Positions 17,106 through 25,919 of a DNA stretch of 32,606 nucleotides are shown piece by piece (within the stretch, counting starts at the first letter, position 1; each line of letters starts with the position of its first letter). The stretch is from Burkholderiaceae bacterium. Lineage in GTDB: Bacteria; Pseudomonadota; Gammaproteobacteria; Burkholderiales; Burkholderiaceae_F. A model generated the notes under the pieces. It was given only the letters and a program-made list of their open reading frames with translations. It made no database searches and was not told where the DNA came from. The translations under genes and the position numbers were made by a program. The stretch lies in contig JBFGOX010000001.1 in the NCBI GenBank assembly GCA_041565015.1, positions 1-32,606 on the forward strand. The letters are read 5' to 3'.

Positions 17106-17135
17106 ATCAAGCGCGGTCGAATCAAGCGCGGTCGA
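17106..17135. repeat. perfect 2 x 15-bp tandem duplication spanning the LOG gene stop codon
   Basis: atcaagcgcggtcga occurs at 17106-17120 and again at 17121-17135. On the minus strand this reads ...LDRA* followed by FDRA*, so a second in-frame TGA lies 5 codons downstream. Confidence 0.9.
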
Positions 17136-17706
17136 GGCCGCCGAGCGCGCCGCCCGTGACGGGCAGGCTCTGCCGCTGCAGGCGATCGATCAGGCCGGCC
17201 GCATCCGGCTCGACGATCAGCAGATCGCGGTGCTGTGGCCGGATGAAGCCCTGCTGCGCCGCATGGCGAAGAAAAGCCAGCAGATGGTCGAAGTACCCGG
17301 CGATGTTGACGAGCCCCACCGGAGTCGCTTGCAGGCGAAGCTGCAGCCAGGTGACCATTTCGAACATTTCTTCGAAGGTGCCGTAGCCGCCGGGCAGCAC
17401 AACGAACGCATCGGCGCGCGCGGCCATCGCGCGCTTGCGCGTGTGCATCGAGTCGACGACCAGCAGTTCGGTCAGGCCCTGGTGCGCGACCTCCGGCCGC
17501 ATCAAGTGCTCGGGAATGACGCCGACGACCTTGCCGCCGGCGGCCAGCGCGCTGTCAGCCAGCGCGCCCATCATGCCGACATGACCGCCGCCGTAGATGA
17601 CCGTCAGGCCGCGCGCCGCCAGCAGCGCGCCGAGCGCGCGCGCGGCCTCGACATACCCTGGCGATTCGCCCGGCTGCGAGCCGCAGAACACGCAGACGGC
17701 GCGCAT
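17122..17706 (-). CDS. LOG family protein (TIGR00730 Rossmann-fold nucleotide-binding protein)
   Basis: Internal ATG 17706 gives MRAVCVFCGS. The product has the PGGYGTFEE LOG motif and GGGHVGMMG. The upstream 61 codons in the ORF track overlap gpsA. Confidence 0.9.
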   Translation of the reverse strand: MRAVCVFCGSQPGESPGYVEAARALGALLAARGLTVIYGGGHVGMMGALADSALAAGGKVVGVIPEHLMRPEVAHQGLTELLVVDSMHTRKRAMAARADAFVVLPGGYGTFEEMFEMVTWLQLRLQATPVGLVNIAGYFDHLLAFLRHAAQQGFIRPQHRDLLIVEPDAAGLIDRLQRQSLPVTGGALGGLDRA

Positions 17707-17710
17707 GGGC

Positions 17711-18703
17711 CTAGTGCAACGCTTCCCGCTTCGGGTCGCGCGACAGCAGCTTTTCAAGCGCCTGCCGCGGTGACACGCGTTCGTCGAGCACGGCACAGAC
17801 GGCTTCGGTGATCGGCATTTGCACGCCGAGCGCCGCCGCGCGTGCCATGACCGCGGCAGCCGACCCCACACCTTCGGCGACATGACCAACCCGCGCCAGT
17901 GCGTCGGCCAGCCCAGTGCCTGCGCCGAGCAACAGCCCGACCTTCCGGTTGCGCGACAACTCGCCTGTGCAGGTCAGGATGAGGTCGCCGATGCCGGTGA
18001 GCCCCATGAACGTCTGCGCCGACGCGCCGAGGGCAAGGCCAAAGCGGGTTATTTCGGCTAGCCCGCGCGTGATCAATGCGGCGCGCGCGTTGTGACCGAG
18101 CGCCAGCGCATCGCAGATGCCGGTGGCGATCGCCAGCACGTTCTTCACGGCGCCGCCGACTTCGACGCCGGTCACGTCATCGGTGGAGTAAATCCGCAAC
18201 GCCGGACCGTGCAGCGCCTCGGTGACGCGTGCGCAGAAGGCATCGGGACCGGCTACGGTCAGTGCAGTCGGCAGACCTTGCGCGACTTCCTGCGCAAAGC
18301 TGGGGCCCGAAAGCGGGCCCGCCGGATGCGCGGCGATCTCTTCGCGGACGATTTCATGCGCCAGTGCCGCGCTGCCGCGCTCAAGTCCCTTGCATAGCCA
18401 GACGATCGGTGGCAACGAAGTCGCGTCGTGCAGTTGTTGCAGCAGTTCGCGTAACGCGGCGGTCGGTGTGGCGACCAGCAGCAGGCCATCGCGGGCGTGC
18501 GCGACGGCAGGAAGAAGATCCGGCGCGTAGCGCAATGCCGCGGGCAGCGTGATGCCAGGCAGATAGCGCTCGTTGCACCGCTGCTGTGCCAGTGTTGCCA
18601 GTGCCGCGCGATCGCGCGCCCACAGTTGCACGGCATGGCGCGGCGCCAGAGCCGCAGCCATCGCCGTTCCCCAGGCGCCGGCCCCCAGCACGGTGATGTT
18701 CAC
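17711..18703 (-). CDS. gpsA: NAD(P)H-dependent glycerol-3-phosphate dehydrogenase
   Basis: [16 protein letters not shown] dinucleotide fold, [12 protein letters not shown] and [11 protein letters not shown] motifs. It lies downstream of secB as in E. coli. Confidence 0.95.
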   Translation of the reverse strand: MNITVLGAGAWGTAMAAALAPRHAVQLWARDRAALATLAQQRCNERYLPGITLPAALRYAPDLLPAVAHARDGLLLVATPTAALRELLQQLHDATSLPPIVWLCKGLERGSAALAHEIVREEIAAHPAGPLSGPSFAQEVAQGLPTALTVAGPDAFCARVTEALHGPALRIYSTDDVTGVEVGGAVKNVLAIATGICDALALGHNARAALITRGLAEITRFGLALGASAQTFMGLTGIGDLILTCTGELSRNRKVGLLLGAGTGLADALARVGHVAEGVGSAAAVMARAAALGVQMPITEAVCAVLDERVSPRQALEKLLSRDPKREALH

Positions 18704-18746
18704 GATCGGCGCCTGCGGCCCTGGCGATGGAGCCGAGTCGAGACGC

Positions 18747-19262
18747 CTATTGCGTCGGCGTGGCCGCCGGCGCGCCGGCTGATTGCGCCTGCTGCTGCGC
18801 CAGCCGCTGCTGGTAAAGCGCCTCGAAGTTGATCTCGGCCAGATGAATCGGCGGCAGCCCGGTGCGGCTGATCAGATCGGCGACGTTGGCGCGCAGATAC
18901 GGATAAATGATGCCCGGGCAGACGATCCCGACGATGGGGTCGAACTGCTCGCCGGCGATGCCGCGAATCTCAAAGATGCCGCCCTGCTTGCCTTCGACCA
19001 GGAACAGCACCTTGTCGCCGACCTTGGCGGTGGCCGTTACCCTGACGACGACTTCGTAGATACCTTCGAGCACTGCATTGTTGCTGACCTCGAGCTGCAC
19101 GTCGATGTTCGGCGACTGCTGCTCGAGAAAGATTCGCGGGGCGTTGGGCAGCTCCAGCGACGCGTCCTTCAGGTAGCAGCGCTGTAACTGGAATACCGGC
19201 CCCTGTGCGCCGCCCTGCGAGTTGCCGCCGGCCGACTGGCCAGCGTCGTTGGTTTCTGCCAT
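18747..19262 (-). CDS. secB: protein-export chaperone SecB
   Basis: 171-aa product with [33 protein letters not shown] and [16 protein letters not shown]. Confidence 0.95.
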   Translation of the reverse strand: MAETNDAGQSAGGNSQGGAQGPVFQLQRCYLKDASLELPNAPRIFLEQQSPNIDVQLEVSNNAVLEGIYEVVVRVTATAKVGDKVLFLVEGKQGGIFEIRGIAGEQFDPIVGIVCPGIIYPYLRANVADLISRTGLPPIHLAEINFEALYQQRLAQQQAQSAGAPAATPTQ

Positions 19263-19295
19263 GAGATCCCCTGGTTAGAAAGAAAAACTTGCCCT

Positions 19296-19556
19296 TCAGC
19301 TGGCGAGCATCGCGATGAGCCGACCTTCGCGATCGAGTTCCGCCAGATCGTCGTAACCGCCGACGTGGGCGTCGCCGATGAAGATCTGCGGCACCGTTCG
19401 CCTGCCCGTCTTTTCGACCATCTCGACGCGCCGCTCCGGCTCGAGGTCGACCCGAATGGTCTGGATTTGCGTGACGCCGCGTGCCTTCAGGAGCGCTTCG
19501 GCGCGCTCGCAGTAAGGGCAGGTCGCCGTTCGGTACATCATGACAGTAGCGGACAT
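19296..19556 (-). CDS. grxC: glutaredoxin 3
   Basis: Internal ATG 19556 gives an 86-aa product with the CPYC active site (MYRTATCPYCERA) and TVPQIFIGDAHVGGYDDL. The rest of the 211-aa ORF-track entry is Arg-rich junk overlapping the rhodanese gene. Confidence 0.93.
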   Translation of the reverse strand: MSATVMMYRTATCPYCERAEALLKARGVTQIQTIRVDLEPERRVEMVEKTGRRTVPQIFIGDAHVGGYDDLAELDREGRLIAMLAS

Positions 19557-19591
19557 CGCAGATGCTCGATAAGTGGCGAGTGGTCGTGCGA

Positions 19592-19996
19592 TCAGGCCTT
19601 CAGCGGCAGGCCGGCCTCGCGCCAGGCGTTGATTCCGCCGGCGAGCACGTAAACCTCGGCCACGCCGGCGGCACGCAGCTGCGCAGCCGCGCGACCGGCG
19701 ATATTGCCGGCATTGCACAGCACGATCACCGGCCGGTCCTTCTTGAGTTCCTTGCCCGCGCGGGCGGCCAGTTCGGCGAGCGGGATGTTGCGCGCGTTTG
19801 GCAGCGACCCCCGCGCAAATTCGGTGCCATCGCGTATGTCGACGACCTGCGCGTGCTTGCTGTTGATCAGCTGCGTCGCCTGCAGAGTGGTCAGCGCCGG
19901 GCCGCCGGCGCGGGCGCGCAGCAGCGGCCATAGCAGCATGCCGCCGCTGACGAAGGCGACCACAATCAGCAGTGCGTTATCGATGAAGAACTGCAC
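19592..19996 (-). CDS. rhodanese-like domain-containing membrane protein (YibN-like)
   Basis: GTG 19996 lies 5 nt after GGGAG. An N-terminal TM helix (FFIDNALLIVVAFVSGGMLLWPLL) is followed by a rhodanese domain with active-site loop VLCNAGNIAG. Synteny yibN-grxC-secB-gpsA matches E. coli. Confidence 0.85.
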   Translation of the reverse strand: MQFFIDNALLIVVAFVSGGMLLWPLLRARAGGPALTTLQATQLINSKHAQVVDIRDGTEFARGSLPNARNIPLAELAARAGKELKKDRPVIVLCNAGNIAGRAAAQLRAAGVAEVYVLAGGINAWREAGLPLKA

Positions 19997-20026
19997 GGAC
20001 GCTCCCGACGGCGGCAAAGGAATGAA

Positions 20027-20032
20027 ATTATA
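20027..20032 (-). promoter_or_regulatory. perfect TATAAT -10 hexamer upstream of the rhodanese-grxC-secB-gpsA gene string
   Basis: Plus-strand attata at 20027-20032 is TATAAT on the minus strand. It lies 30 nt upstream of the GTG start at 19996, in the only AT-rich patch of the divergent gpmA/rhodanese gap. No good -35 is visible. Confidence 0.3.
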
Positions 20033-20069
20033 AAATGAGCGTCCTGTTCACCTACCTTAAGGCGTCGAC

Positions 20070-20819
20070 ATGTACAAGCTCGTGCTGCTGCGCCATGGCG
20101 AGAGCCAGTGGAACCTCGAAAACCGCTTTACCGGCTGGACCGACGTCGACCTGACCGAGGCCGGGATCCGCGAGGCGCGGGCGGCCGGCGAGCTGCTCCA
20201 GCGCGAGGGCTATGGTTTCGACATCGCCTACACGTCGGTCCTCAAGCGGGCAATACGAACCTTGTGGCTGGCGCTCGATGCGCTCGACCTGATGTGGTTG
20301 CCGGTCGTGCATTCGTGGCGGCTGAACGAGCGTCACTACGGCGCGCTGCAGGGCCTGAACAAGGCGGAAACGGCCGCCAAGTTCGGCGAAAAGCAGGTTT
20401 TGGCGTGGCGTCGCGCCTATGCGATCGCGCCGGACCCGCTCACCGCGGATGACCCGCGCTGGGCTGGCAACGATCCGCGTTACAAGCATCTGAAACCGAG
20501 CGAGGTTCCGGCGACCGAGTGTCTGAAGGACACGGTGGCGCGTGTGCTGCCCTTCTGGAACGATTCGATCGCTCCGGCCATCGGACGCGGCCGGCGCGTG
20601 CTGGTCGCGGCGCACGGCAATTCGCTGCGTGCTCTGGTCAAATACCTCGACAAGATTTCCGACGACGACATCGTCGGTCTGAACATCCCGACCGCGCGAC
20701 CGCTCGTCTACGAACTCGACGACAAGCTCCAGCCCATCCGCAGCTACTACCTTGGCGATCCGGATGAGGTAGCCCGCGCCATGGCGGCGGTTGCCGCGCA
20801 AGGCAAGGCGAAGAAATAG
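20070..20819 (+). CDS. gpmA: 2,3-bisphosphoglycerate-dependent phosphoglycerate mutase
   Basis: [23 protein letters not shown] (RHGE motif), [10 protein letters not shown] and [11 protein letters not shown]. Confidence 0.96.
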   Translation: MYKLVLLRHGESQWNLENRFTGWTDVDLTEAGIREARAAGELLQREGYGFDIAYTSVLKRAIRTLWLALDALDLMWLPVVHSWRLNERHYGALQGLNKAETAAKFGEKQVLAWRRAYAIAPDPLTADDPRWAGNDPRYKHLKPSEVPATECLKDTVARVLPFWNDSIAPAIGRGRRVLVAAHGNSLRALVKYLDKISDDDIVGLNIPTARPLVYELDDKLQPIRSYYLGDPDEVARAMAAVAAQGKAKK

Positions 20820-20821
20820 TC

Positions 20822-22111
20822 TTGACCGACTCGCCATCGCAACGAGCGCGAGCCGCCGTCTGTTCGCTGGCGCTGGCGGCTTGTGTGCCATTGGTGGCGT
20901 TCGCGCCGGCGGCCGACGCCGCCAAGGACAAGGCGGCGGCGAAGGCGAGTCCGCAAAGACAACAGCAGCTGCGTTCCGAACAGCGCCGGCTGCAGCAGCA
21001 ACTGATGCGTCTGCGGCAGCAGGTGAGCAGGTCCGAGGCCTCGCGCGCCGAGGCCGCGGACGCGCTGCGCGAATCGGAGGCGGCGATTTCGGATGTCAAT
21101 CGCAGGTTGCGCGAACTGGCGGCGGAACGCCGTCAGGTGCAGCAGGAGATCGATGCGCTGGCGGCGCGCAGCCGGGCGCTCGGTCTGAGGCGTGGCGACG
21201 AGGAGCGCGCGCTGACGCTGGTCTTGCGCGGGCAGTTCGTGCTATCGCGAGCCAGCCCGTTGCAGCGGCTCATCGACGGCGACTCCCCCGGGCAGTTGCA
21301 GCGCGAAAAGGAGTATCTGGACTACGCCGCCCGTAGCCGCGCACGCACGCTGGGCCAACTGCGTCTGCATGGCGAGGAAGTGGCCGAGCTTCAGGCTGAC
21401 TCCGAGGTCAAGCAGATCGAACTGGCGGCGCTGGCCGATGACGAGCAGCGCAACCGTGCCGAGTTGCTCAAGCAGCAGACGGCACGGGCGCGCACGCTGG
21501 AAAAGCTCGGCAAACAGGTCGTTGCGCAGCGCCGTTCGCTCGAGGCGCTGCAGCGTGATGAGAACCGGCTGGCGTCGCTGATTGGCGAGATCGAGCGCCT
21601 GCTTGCCGAACAGGCGCGCCGGCCAAGGCAGGAGGCGCCGCTCTCGGGCAGAGCAGCACGCAGCGCGGAGCCGGCGATCGTCGATGTGCCGGGCGACAGC
21701 GAGTTTGCGCGGCAGCGCGGCAAGCTCGCGCTGCCGGTCCGCGGTGAGATCGTCGCGCGCTTCGGCAGCCCGCGTCCGACCGAGGCGCGGGTGGACGCGC
21801 CGACCTGGAAGGGCGTGCTCATCCGCGCGGCGGCCGGCGCCGACGTGCGCGCCGTGGCCGCCGGTCGGGTGGTTTTCGCCGACTGGCTGCGCGGGTTCGG
21901 CAATCTGCTGATCCTGGATCACGGTGACGGCTTTCTGTCCGTTTACGGAAACAATGAATCACTGCTTGCCAATGTCGGCGATAGGGTGGGCGCCGGGGAG
22001 CCGGTCGCCACGGTCGGAAACACGGGTGGAGCGGTCGAGGCAGGCCTATACTTTGAACTGCGTTTCAAGGGTCGACCGATCGACCCGCTGCAGTGGGCGC
22101 AGGCACGCTGA
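20822..22111 (+). CDS. envC: murein hydrolase activator EnvC-like protein (coiled coil + M23/LytM domain)
   Basis: TTG start lies 2 nt after the gpmA stop. A signal peptide (CSLALAACVPLVAFAPAADA) is followed by a long Q/R/E/L-rich coiled coil and a C-terminal M23 domain (LILDHGDGFLSVYGNNESL, TVGNTGG, LYFELRFKGRPIDP). The start codon choice is uncertain. Confidence 0.85.
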   Translation: MTDSPSQRARAAVCSLALAACVPLVAFAPAADAAKDKAAAKASPQRQQQLRSEQRRLQQQLMRLRQQVSRSEASRAEAADALRESEAAISDVNRRLRELAAERRQVQQEIDALAARSRALGLRRGDEERALTLVLRGQFVLSRASPLQRLIDGDSPGQLQREKEYLDYAARSRARTLGQLRLHGEEVAELQADSEVKQIELAALADDEQRNRAELLKQQTARARTLEKLGKQVVAQRRSLEALQRDENRLASLIGEIERLLAEQARRPRQEAPLSGRAARSAEPAIVDVPGDSEFARQRGKLALPVRGEIVARFGSPRPTEARVDAPTWKGVLIRAAAGADVRAVAAGRVVFADWLRGFGNLLILDHGDGFLSVYGNNESLLANVGDRVGAGEPVATVGNTGGAVEAGLYFELRFKGRPIDPLQWAQAR

Positions 22112-22168
22112 TCGCATGTTGGCGGTTAAGGGAAAATGCGTGCGCCACACCCCGTCTCCGGAGGTTCC

Positions 22169-23602
22169 ATGAGCGGACGTTTGCGGACTTTCGCCCTGAT
22201 CAGCGTCGGTGCGTTTGCCGGCGTCGCGGTCAGCCTGGGTATTTCAGCCTATGCCTTCCGCGACAGCCGTGGCGCGATCCCGCTCGAGGAAATTCGCCAG
22301 CTGACCGATGTCTTTGGCGCGATCAAGAACCATTACGTCGAGCCCGTAGAGGATCGCAAGCTGATCCAGGAAGCGATCTCCGGCATGCTCACCGGGCTTG
22401 ACCCGCATTCGGCCTTCCTCGACGCGGATGCATTTCGCGACCTGCAAACCAGCACTCAGGGCGAGTTCGGCGGCCTCGGAATCGAGGTGGCGCCGGAGGA
22501 CGGCGCGGTCCGCGTGGTGGCGCCGATCGACGATACGCCGGCCTTTCGCGCCGGCATCAAGGCCGGTGATTTGATCATCAAGATCGATGAGACGTTGACG
22601 CGCGGCCTGCCGTTGTCGGAGTGCGTGAAGCTGATGCGCGGCAAGAAGGGCACCTCGGTGACGCTGACGGTGGTGCGCAAGGGCGAGGTCAAGCCGCTCG
22701 AATTCAAGCTGGTGCGCGATCTGATCCGGACCCAGTCCGTGCGCAGCCGGATCGTCGAACCCGGTTACGCGTTCGTGCGCGTTTCGCAGTTTCAGGAGCG
22801 CACGGTCGAAGACTTGGCCAGGCATTTGAACGATCTGTACAAATCCGGACCGGTGAAGGGCCTGGTGCTCGATCTGCGCAACGATCCGGGTGGTTTGCTG
22901 CACTCCGCGATCGGCGTATCGGCAGCTTTCCTGCCCAAACGTGCGCTGGTGGTGTCGACTGATGGCCGGATGAGCGACGCCAAGCGGCGCTTTATCGCCG
23001 CCCCCGAGGACTATCAGCGCGGCCGCGGCGACGATGCGCTGGCGCGACTGCCGAAGGATGTGAAGGCGGTGCCGATGGTGGTGCTGGTTAACAACGCCAG
23101 TGCCTCGGCGTCGGAAATCGTCGCCGGTGCCCTGCAGGACCACAAACGCGCGACGGTGATCGGTACCCAGACCTTTGGCAAAGGTTCAGTGCAGACAATC
23201 ATTCCGCTGCGAACCGACAGCGATAGACCGGCGGCAATCAAGCTGACCACGGCACGGTACTTCACGCCAAGTGGTCGCTCCATTCAGGCCAAGGGGATCG
23301 AGCCCGACCTTCTCGTCGACGACACGGCGCAAGGCAGTTTCGCCGGACTGCAGATCCGTGAGGCCGATCTCGCACGGCATCTTGAGGATCCGAAGAAATC
23401 TGCGGAGGACAAGGCCGGTGCCGCGACCGATTCGCAGTCGGCAACGCCGTCCGATCCGCGTTCGACCGCACCGAAACGCTATGAATTCGGTTCGAGCGAT
23501 GACTTCCAGTTGAAGCAGGCGCTCAATCACCTTAAAGGCTTGCCGGTCGAAGCGCAGAAAAAGGCCGAAAACGTTGCGGCGACCTCGGCAGCGCCGCGGT
23601 AG
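22169..23602 (+). CDS. ctpA: S41 family carboxy-terminal processing peptidase
   Basis: ATG 22169 lies 4 nt after GGAGG (22160-22164). The product has a signal/TM segment, a PDZ region (GGLGIEV, AGIKAGDLIIKID), the catalytic Ser region NNASASASEIVAGALQD, and the Lys motif TFGKGSVQ. Confidence 0.92.
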   Translation: MSGRLRTFALISVGAFAGVAVSLGISAYAFRDSRGAIPLEEIRQLTDVFGAIKNHYVEPVEDRKLIQEAISGMLTGLDPHSAFLDADAFRDLQTSTQGEFGGLGIEVAPEDGAVRVVAPIDDTPAFRAGIKAGDLIIKIDETLTRGLPLSECVKLMRGKKGTSVTLTVVRKGEVKPLEFKLVRDLIRTQSVRSRIVEPGYAFVRVSQFQERTVEDLARHLNDLYKSGPVKGLVLDLRNDPGGLLHSAIGVSAAFLPKRALVVSTDGRMSDAKRRFIAAPEDYQRGRGDDALARLPKDVKAVPMVVLVNNASASASEIVAGALQDHKRATVIGTQTFGKGSVQTIIPLRTDSDRPAAIKLTTARYFTPSGRSIQAKGIEPDLLVDDTAQGSFAGLQIREADLARHLEDPKKSAEDKAGAATDSQSATPSDPRSTAPKRYEFGSSDDFQLKQALNHLKGLPVEAQKKAENVAATSAAPR

Positions 23603-23711
23603 ACAGCCCGCCGTGTCGCAGGCCGGATAAGGATTCGCACCAGTTTCCGCTCCGTTGCGCGACGAGTCGTCGCCAGGCGTAGGTCGACGGCTTTTGCGCG
23701 GGAGCGTCCAG

Positions 23712-24470
23712 ATGAATGACGACGAACTGCTGCGCTACTCGCGGCACATCCTGCTGCAGGAAATCGGCATCGAGGGTCAGGAACGGATCCGTTGCGCCTC
23801 CGCGCTTGTGGTCGGTGCTGGCGGACTCGGCTCGCCGGCGTCGTTTTATCTGGCCTCGGCCGGCGTCGGTCGCCTGACGCTGGTCGACAACGACGCCGTC
23901 GATCTGACCAACCTGCAGCGACAGATCCTGCATACGTCCGACCGTATCGGCGTCAATAAGGCCGAGTCGGGCCTGCAGACGATCGCCGCGCTCAATCCGC
24001 AGGTGGCCGGCAGGGTGGTGACAGACCGCGTCGGCGACGAATCGCTGCCGGCGCTGCTGGCAGGCATCGACGTCGTGCTGGACTGCACCGACAACTTCGC
24101 CACTCGTCACGCGATCAATCGGGCCTGCGTGGCTCGAGGTACGCCGCTGGTTTCAGGCGCTGCGGTCCGCTTCGACGGCCAACTGGCCGTCTTCGACTTT
24201 CGCCAACCCGAGTCGCCTTGCTACGCTTGTCTGTTTCCGGAGGGCGACGGTCAGGATGAGCTGTGTGCCGTGATGGGCGTGTTCGCACCAGTGACTGGAA
24301 TCATCGGCACGATGCAGGCAGCCGAAGCGCTGAAGCTGGTCGCGCAGACCGGAGCGGCCTCCAGCGGCCGCCTGCTGTTGCTCGATGCGCTGACGATGGA
24401 CGTGCGCACGGTACGATTCGAGCGTGACCCGCACTGCGCGGTGTGTGGCCGCCGCGCTGGCAAAGGCTGA
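23712..24470 (+). CDS. moeB: HesA/MoeB/ThiF family adenylyltransferase (molybdopterin-synthase adenylyltransferase-like)
   Basis: ATG 23712 lies 7 nt after GGGAG. The product has LRYSRHILL, VVGAGGLGSP and DLTNLQRQILH, plus two CxxC pairs (CYAC, CAVC). No C-terminal rhodanese domain is present. Confidence 0.85.
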   Translation: MNDDELLRYSRHILLQEIGIEGQERIRCASALVVGAGGLGSPASFYLASAGVGRLTLVDNDAVDLTNLQRQILHTSDRIGVNKAESGLQTIAALNPQVAGRVVTDRVGDESLPALLAGIDVVLDCTDNFATRHAINRACVARGTPLVSGAAVRFDGQLAVFDFRQPESPCYACLFPEGDGQDELCAVMGVFAPVTGIIGTMQAAEALKLVAQTGAASSGRLLLLDALTMDVRTVRFERDPHCAVCGRRAGKG

Positions 24471-24513
24471 AATCGAAGCCGGGTGCGCACTGAGCAGGCG
24501 GATCAAGCTTTTG

Positions 24514-25044
24514 ATGAATACGGCCCTGAATCCGACATCGCAGCCGAGGCGACCCGCTAGCCCGAAGCTTTGGCTGGGGCTGATCGTCGCGATCGTCGTT
24601 CTTTCGATGGTCGGGGCACTTTATTTCCAGCATGTCCTGCGGCTGGAACCGTGCCCGCTATGCGTGCTGCAGCGCGTGGCGATCATCGGCGTCGGCATCG
24701 CGGCCGGTCTCGGCCTGCTGGCTGCGCAAGCGCGTGGTCAGCTTATGGCTACGGCGCTCGCGCTCGTCATAGCGTTCGCCGGAGCCGGTGTGGCCGGCTG
24801 GCATAGCTGGATTCTGGCGTTTCCGCCTGAGTCTCTGTCCTGCGGCCGGCCGTTCCAGTGGTTCCACGAGGACTTTCCGCTCGCGGTCTGGCTGCCGAAG
24901 CTGTTTGCGGGCGAGGGCGACTGCCTGGCGGTGGACTGGACGTTTTTTGGCCTAGCGATCCCGCATTTGTCTCTGATTGCGTTCACGGTGCTGATCGCGA
25001 CGGCCATCCTTGCCGCGCGCCAGGCCTGGCGGCTTCTGCGCTGA
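24514..25044 (+). CDS. dsbB: disulfide bond formation protein B
   Basis: Internal ATG 24514 gives a 176-aa four-TM protein. It has the first-loop CPLC (LEPCPLCVLQR) and a second periplasmic Cys pair (SLSCGRP...GEGDCLAV). Confidence 0.9.
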   Translation: MNTALNPTSQPRRPASPKLWLGLIVAIVVLSMVGALYFQHVLRLEPCPLCVLQRVAIIGVGIAAGLGLLAAQARGQLMATALALVIAFAGAGVAGWHSWILAFPPESLSCGRPFQWFHEDFPLAVWLPKLFAGEGDCLAVDWTFFGLAIPHLSLIAFTVLIATAILAARQAWRLLR

Positions 25045-25061
25045 ACTGCGGGATTCGGGAG

Positions 25062-25673
25062 CTAGACCAGCAGCGCCAGCAACTGCGCTTCGACGCCGTC
25101 TGAAGGCAGCTTTCTGAAGCCGCTCTTGGCGAAGCGGTGCCAGCGCCCGATCACGTAGGCGACGATCAAGGCGGCGCGCGCCGCCGCGTCGAATTCTGCC
25201 GGCAGTTCGTTTTCGGAAACCGCAAGTCGAAAGCTTTGCTTCAGCGACGACTCGATGCGCTCGAACAACTGGTTCATGCGCTCCTGCAGCCGCTCGTTTT
25301 CGTTGACCAGCGCATCGCCGATCAGCACCCGCGTCATGCCCCGATTCGTCTGCGAAAAATCGAGCAGCATGAGTACCGTGCTGCGGGCCTGCTTCAGTCC
25401 AGACGGCTCGCGCTCGGCGATATCGTTGATCAGACCGAAGATCGTCGTCTCGATGAATTCGATCAGGCCCTCGAACATCTGCGCCTTGCTGGCGAAGTGG
25501 CGGTAAAGCGCCGCCTCCGAAACCGAAAGCCGTTCGGCCAGCGCGGCAGTGGTGACCTTCTCGCCCTTCGGGTCCTCAAGCATGGTCGCCAACGTCTGCA
25601 GGATCTGCAAACGTCGCGCGCCGGGCTTGCGCCGCGTGGATTCGCTCAAAGCGCTGACATATTCCATCTTCAT
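25062..25673 (-). CDS. slmA: nucleoid occlusion factor SlmA (TetR family)
   Basis: The HTH region TTAALAERLSVSEAALYRHFASKAQMFEGLIEFIE closely parallels E. coli SlmA as I recall it. ATG 25667 (AGGA 5 nt upstream) is an alternative start to ATG 25673. Confidence 0.88.
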   Translation of the reverse strand: MKMEYVSALSESTRRKPGARRLQILQTLATMLEDPKGEKVTTAALAERLSVSEAALYRHFASKAQMFEGLIEFIETTIFGLINDIAEREPSGLKQARSTVLMLLDFSQTNRGMTRVLIGDALVNENERLQERMNQLFERIESSLKQSFRLAVSENELPAEFDAAARAALIVAYVIGRWHRFAKSGFRKLPSDGVEAQLLALLV

Positions 25674-25919
25674 CCTGCGTAAGCGGCGAGGACCGAGGCA
25701 TGCGCCTGGCGGTGCGGAAACCGCGTACGACCGCGACTAACCTGACAGCGCTGACTCATGCTCGATGACCTCGACGGCAACCGGAATAAGTGACTCAATT
25801 CTGGCCGAAAGCGCCAGCGACGTGGGGAGTTACTGTCGTATTAGGCCTTGTGGATACTGCGCTCGCAATAATGTGCCAGCGGCAAGGCGGACCGACCGCC
25901 GATCCTTTGCCGGCGGCCG

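Noticed and set aside
17002-17121. Possible SAM-type riboswitch or MetR box in the 120-nt metY leader/promoter region.
   Set aside because: I cannot find the SAM-II-type conserved segments (the AAAGCUG-type pseudoknot core) or a TGAA-N5-TTCA MetR site. Only a weak TTGATG-N19-TAATAA promoter-like pair is visible. A covariance-model scan (Rfam/Infernal) would be decisive.
25752-25797. SlmA-binding site (SBS) suggesting autoregulation, prompted by GTGACTCA.
   Set aside because: Compared with the 12-bp SBS consensus GTGAGTACTCAC as I recall it, the central 3-4 nt are missing. The match is limited to short arms.
25865-25878. Sigma54-like -24/-12 element on the minus strand (TGGCAC-atta-TTGC) about 195 nt upstream of slmA.
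   Set aside because: The GG-to-GC spacing is 9 nt rather than the strictly required 10 nt (TGGCAC-N5-TTGC). No enhancer-binding-protein gene or plausible target is nearby.
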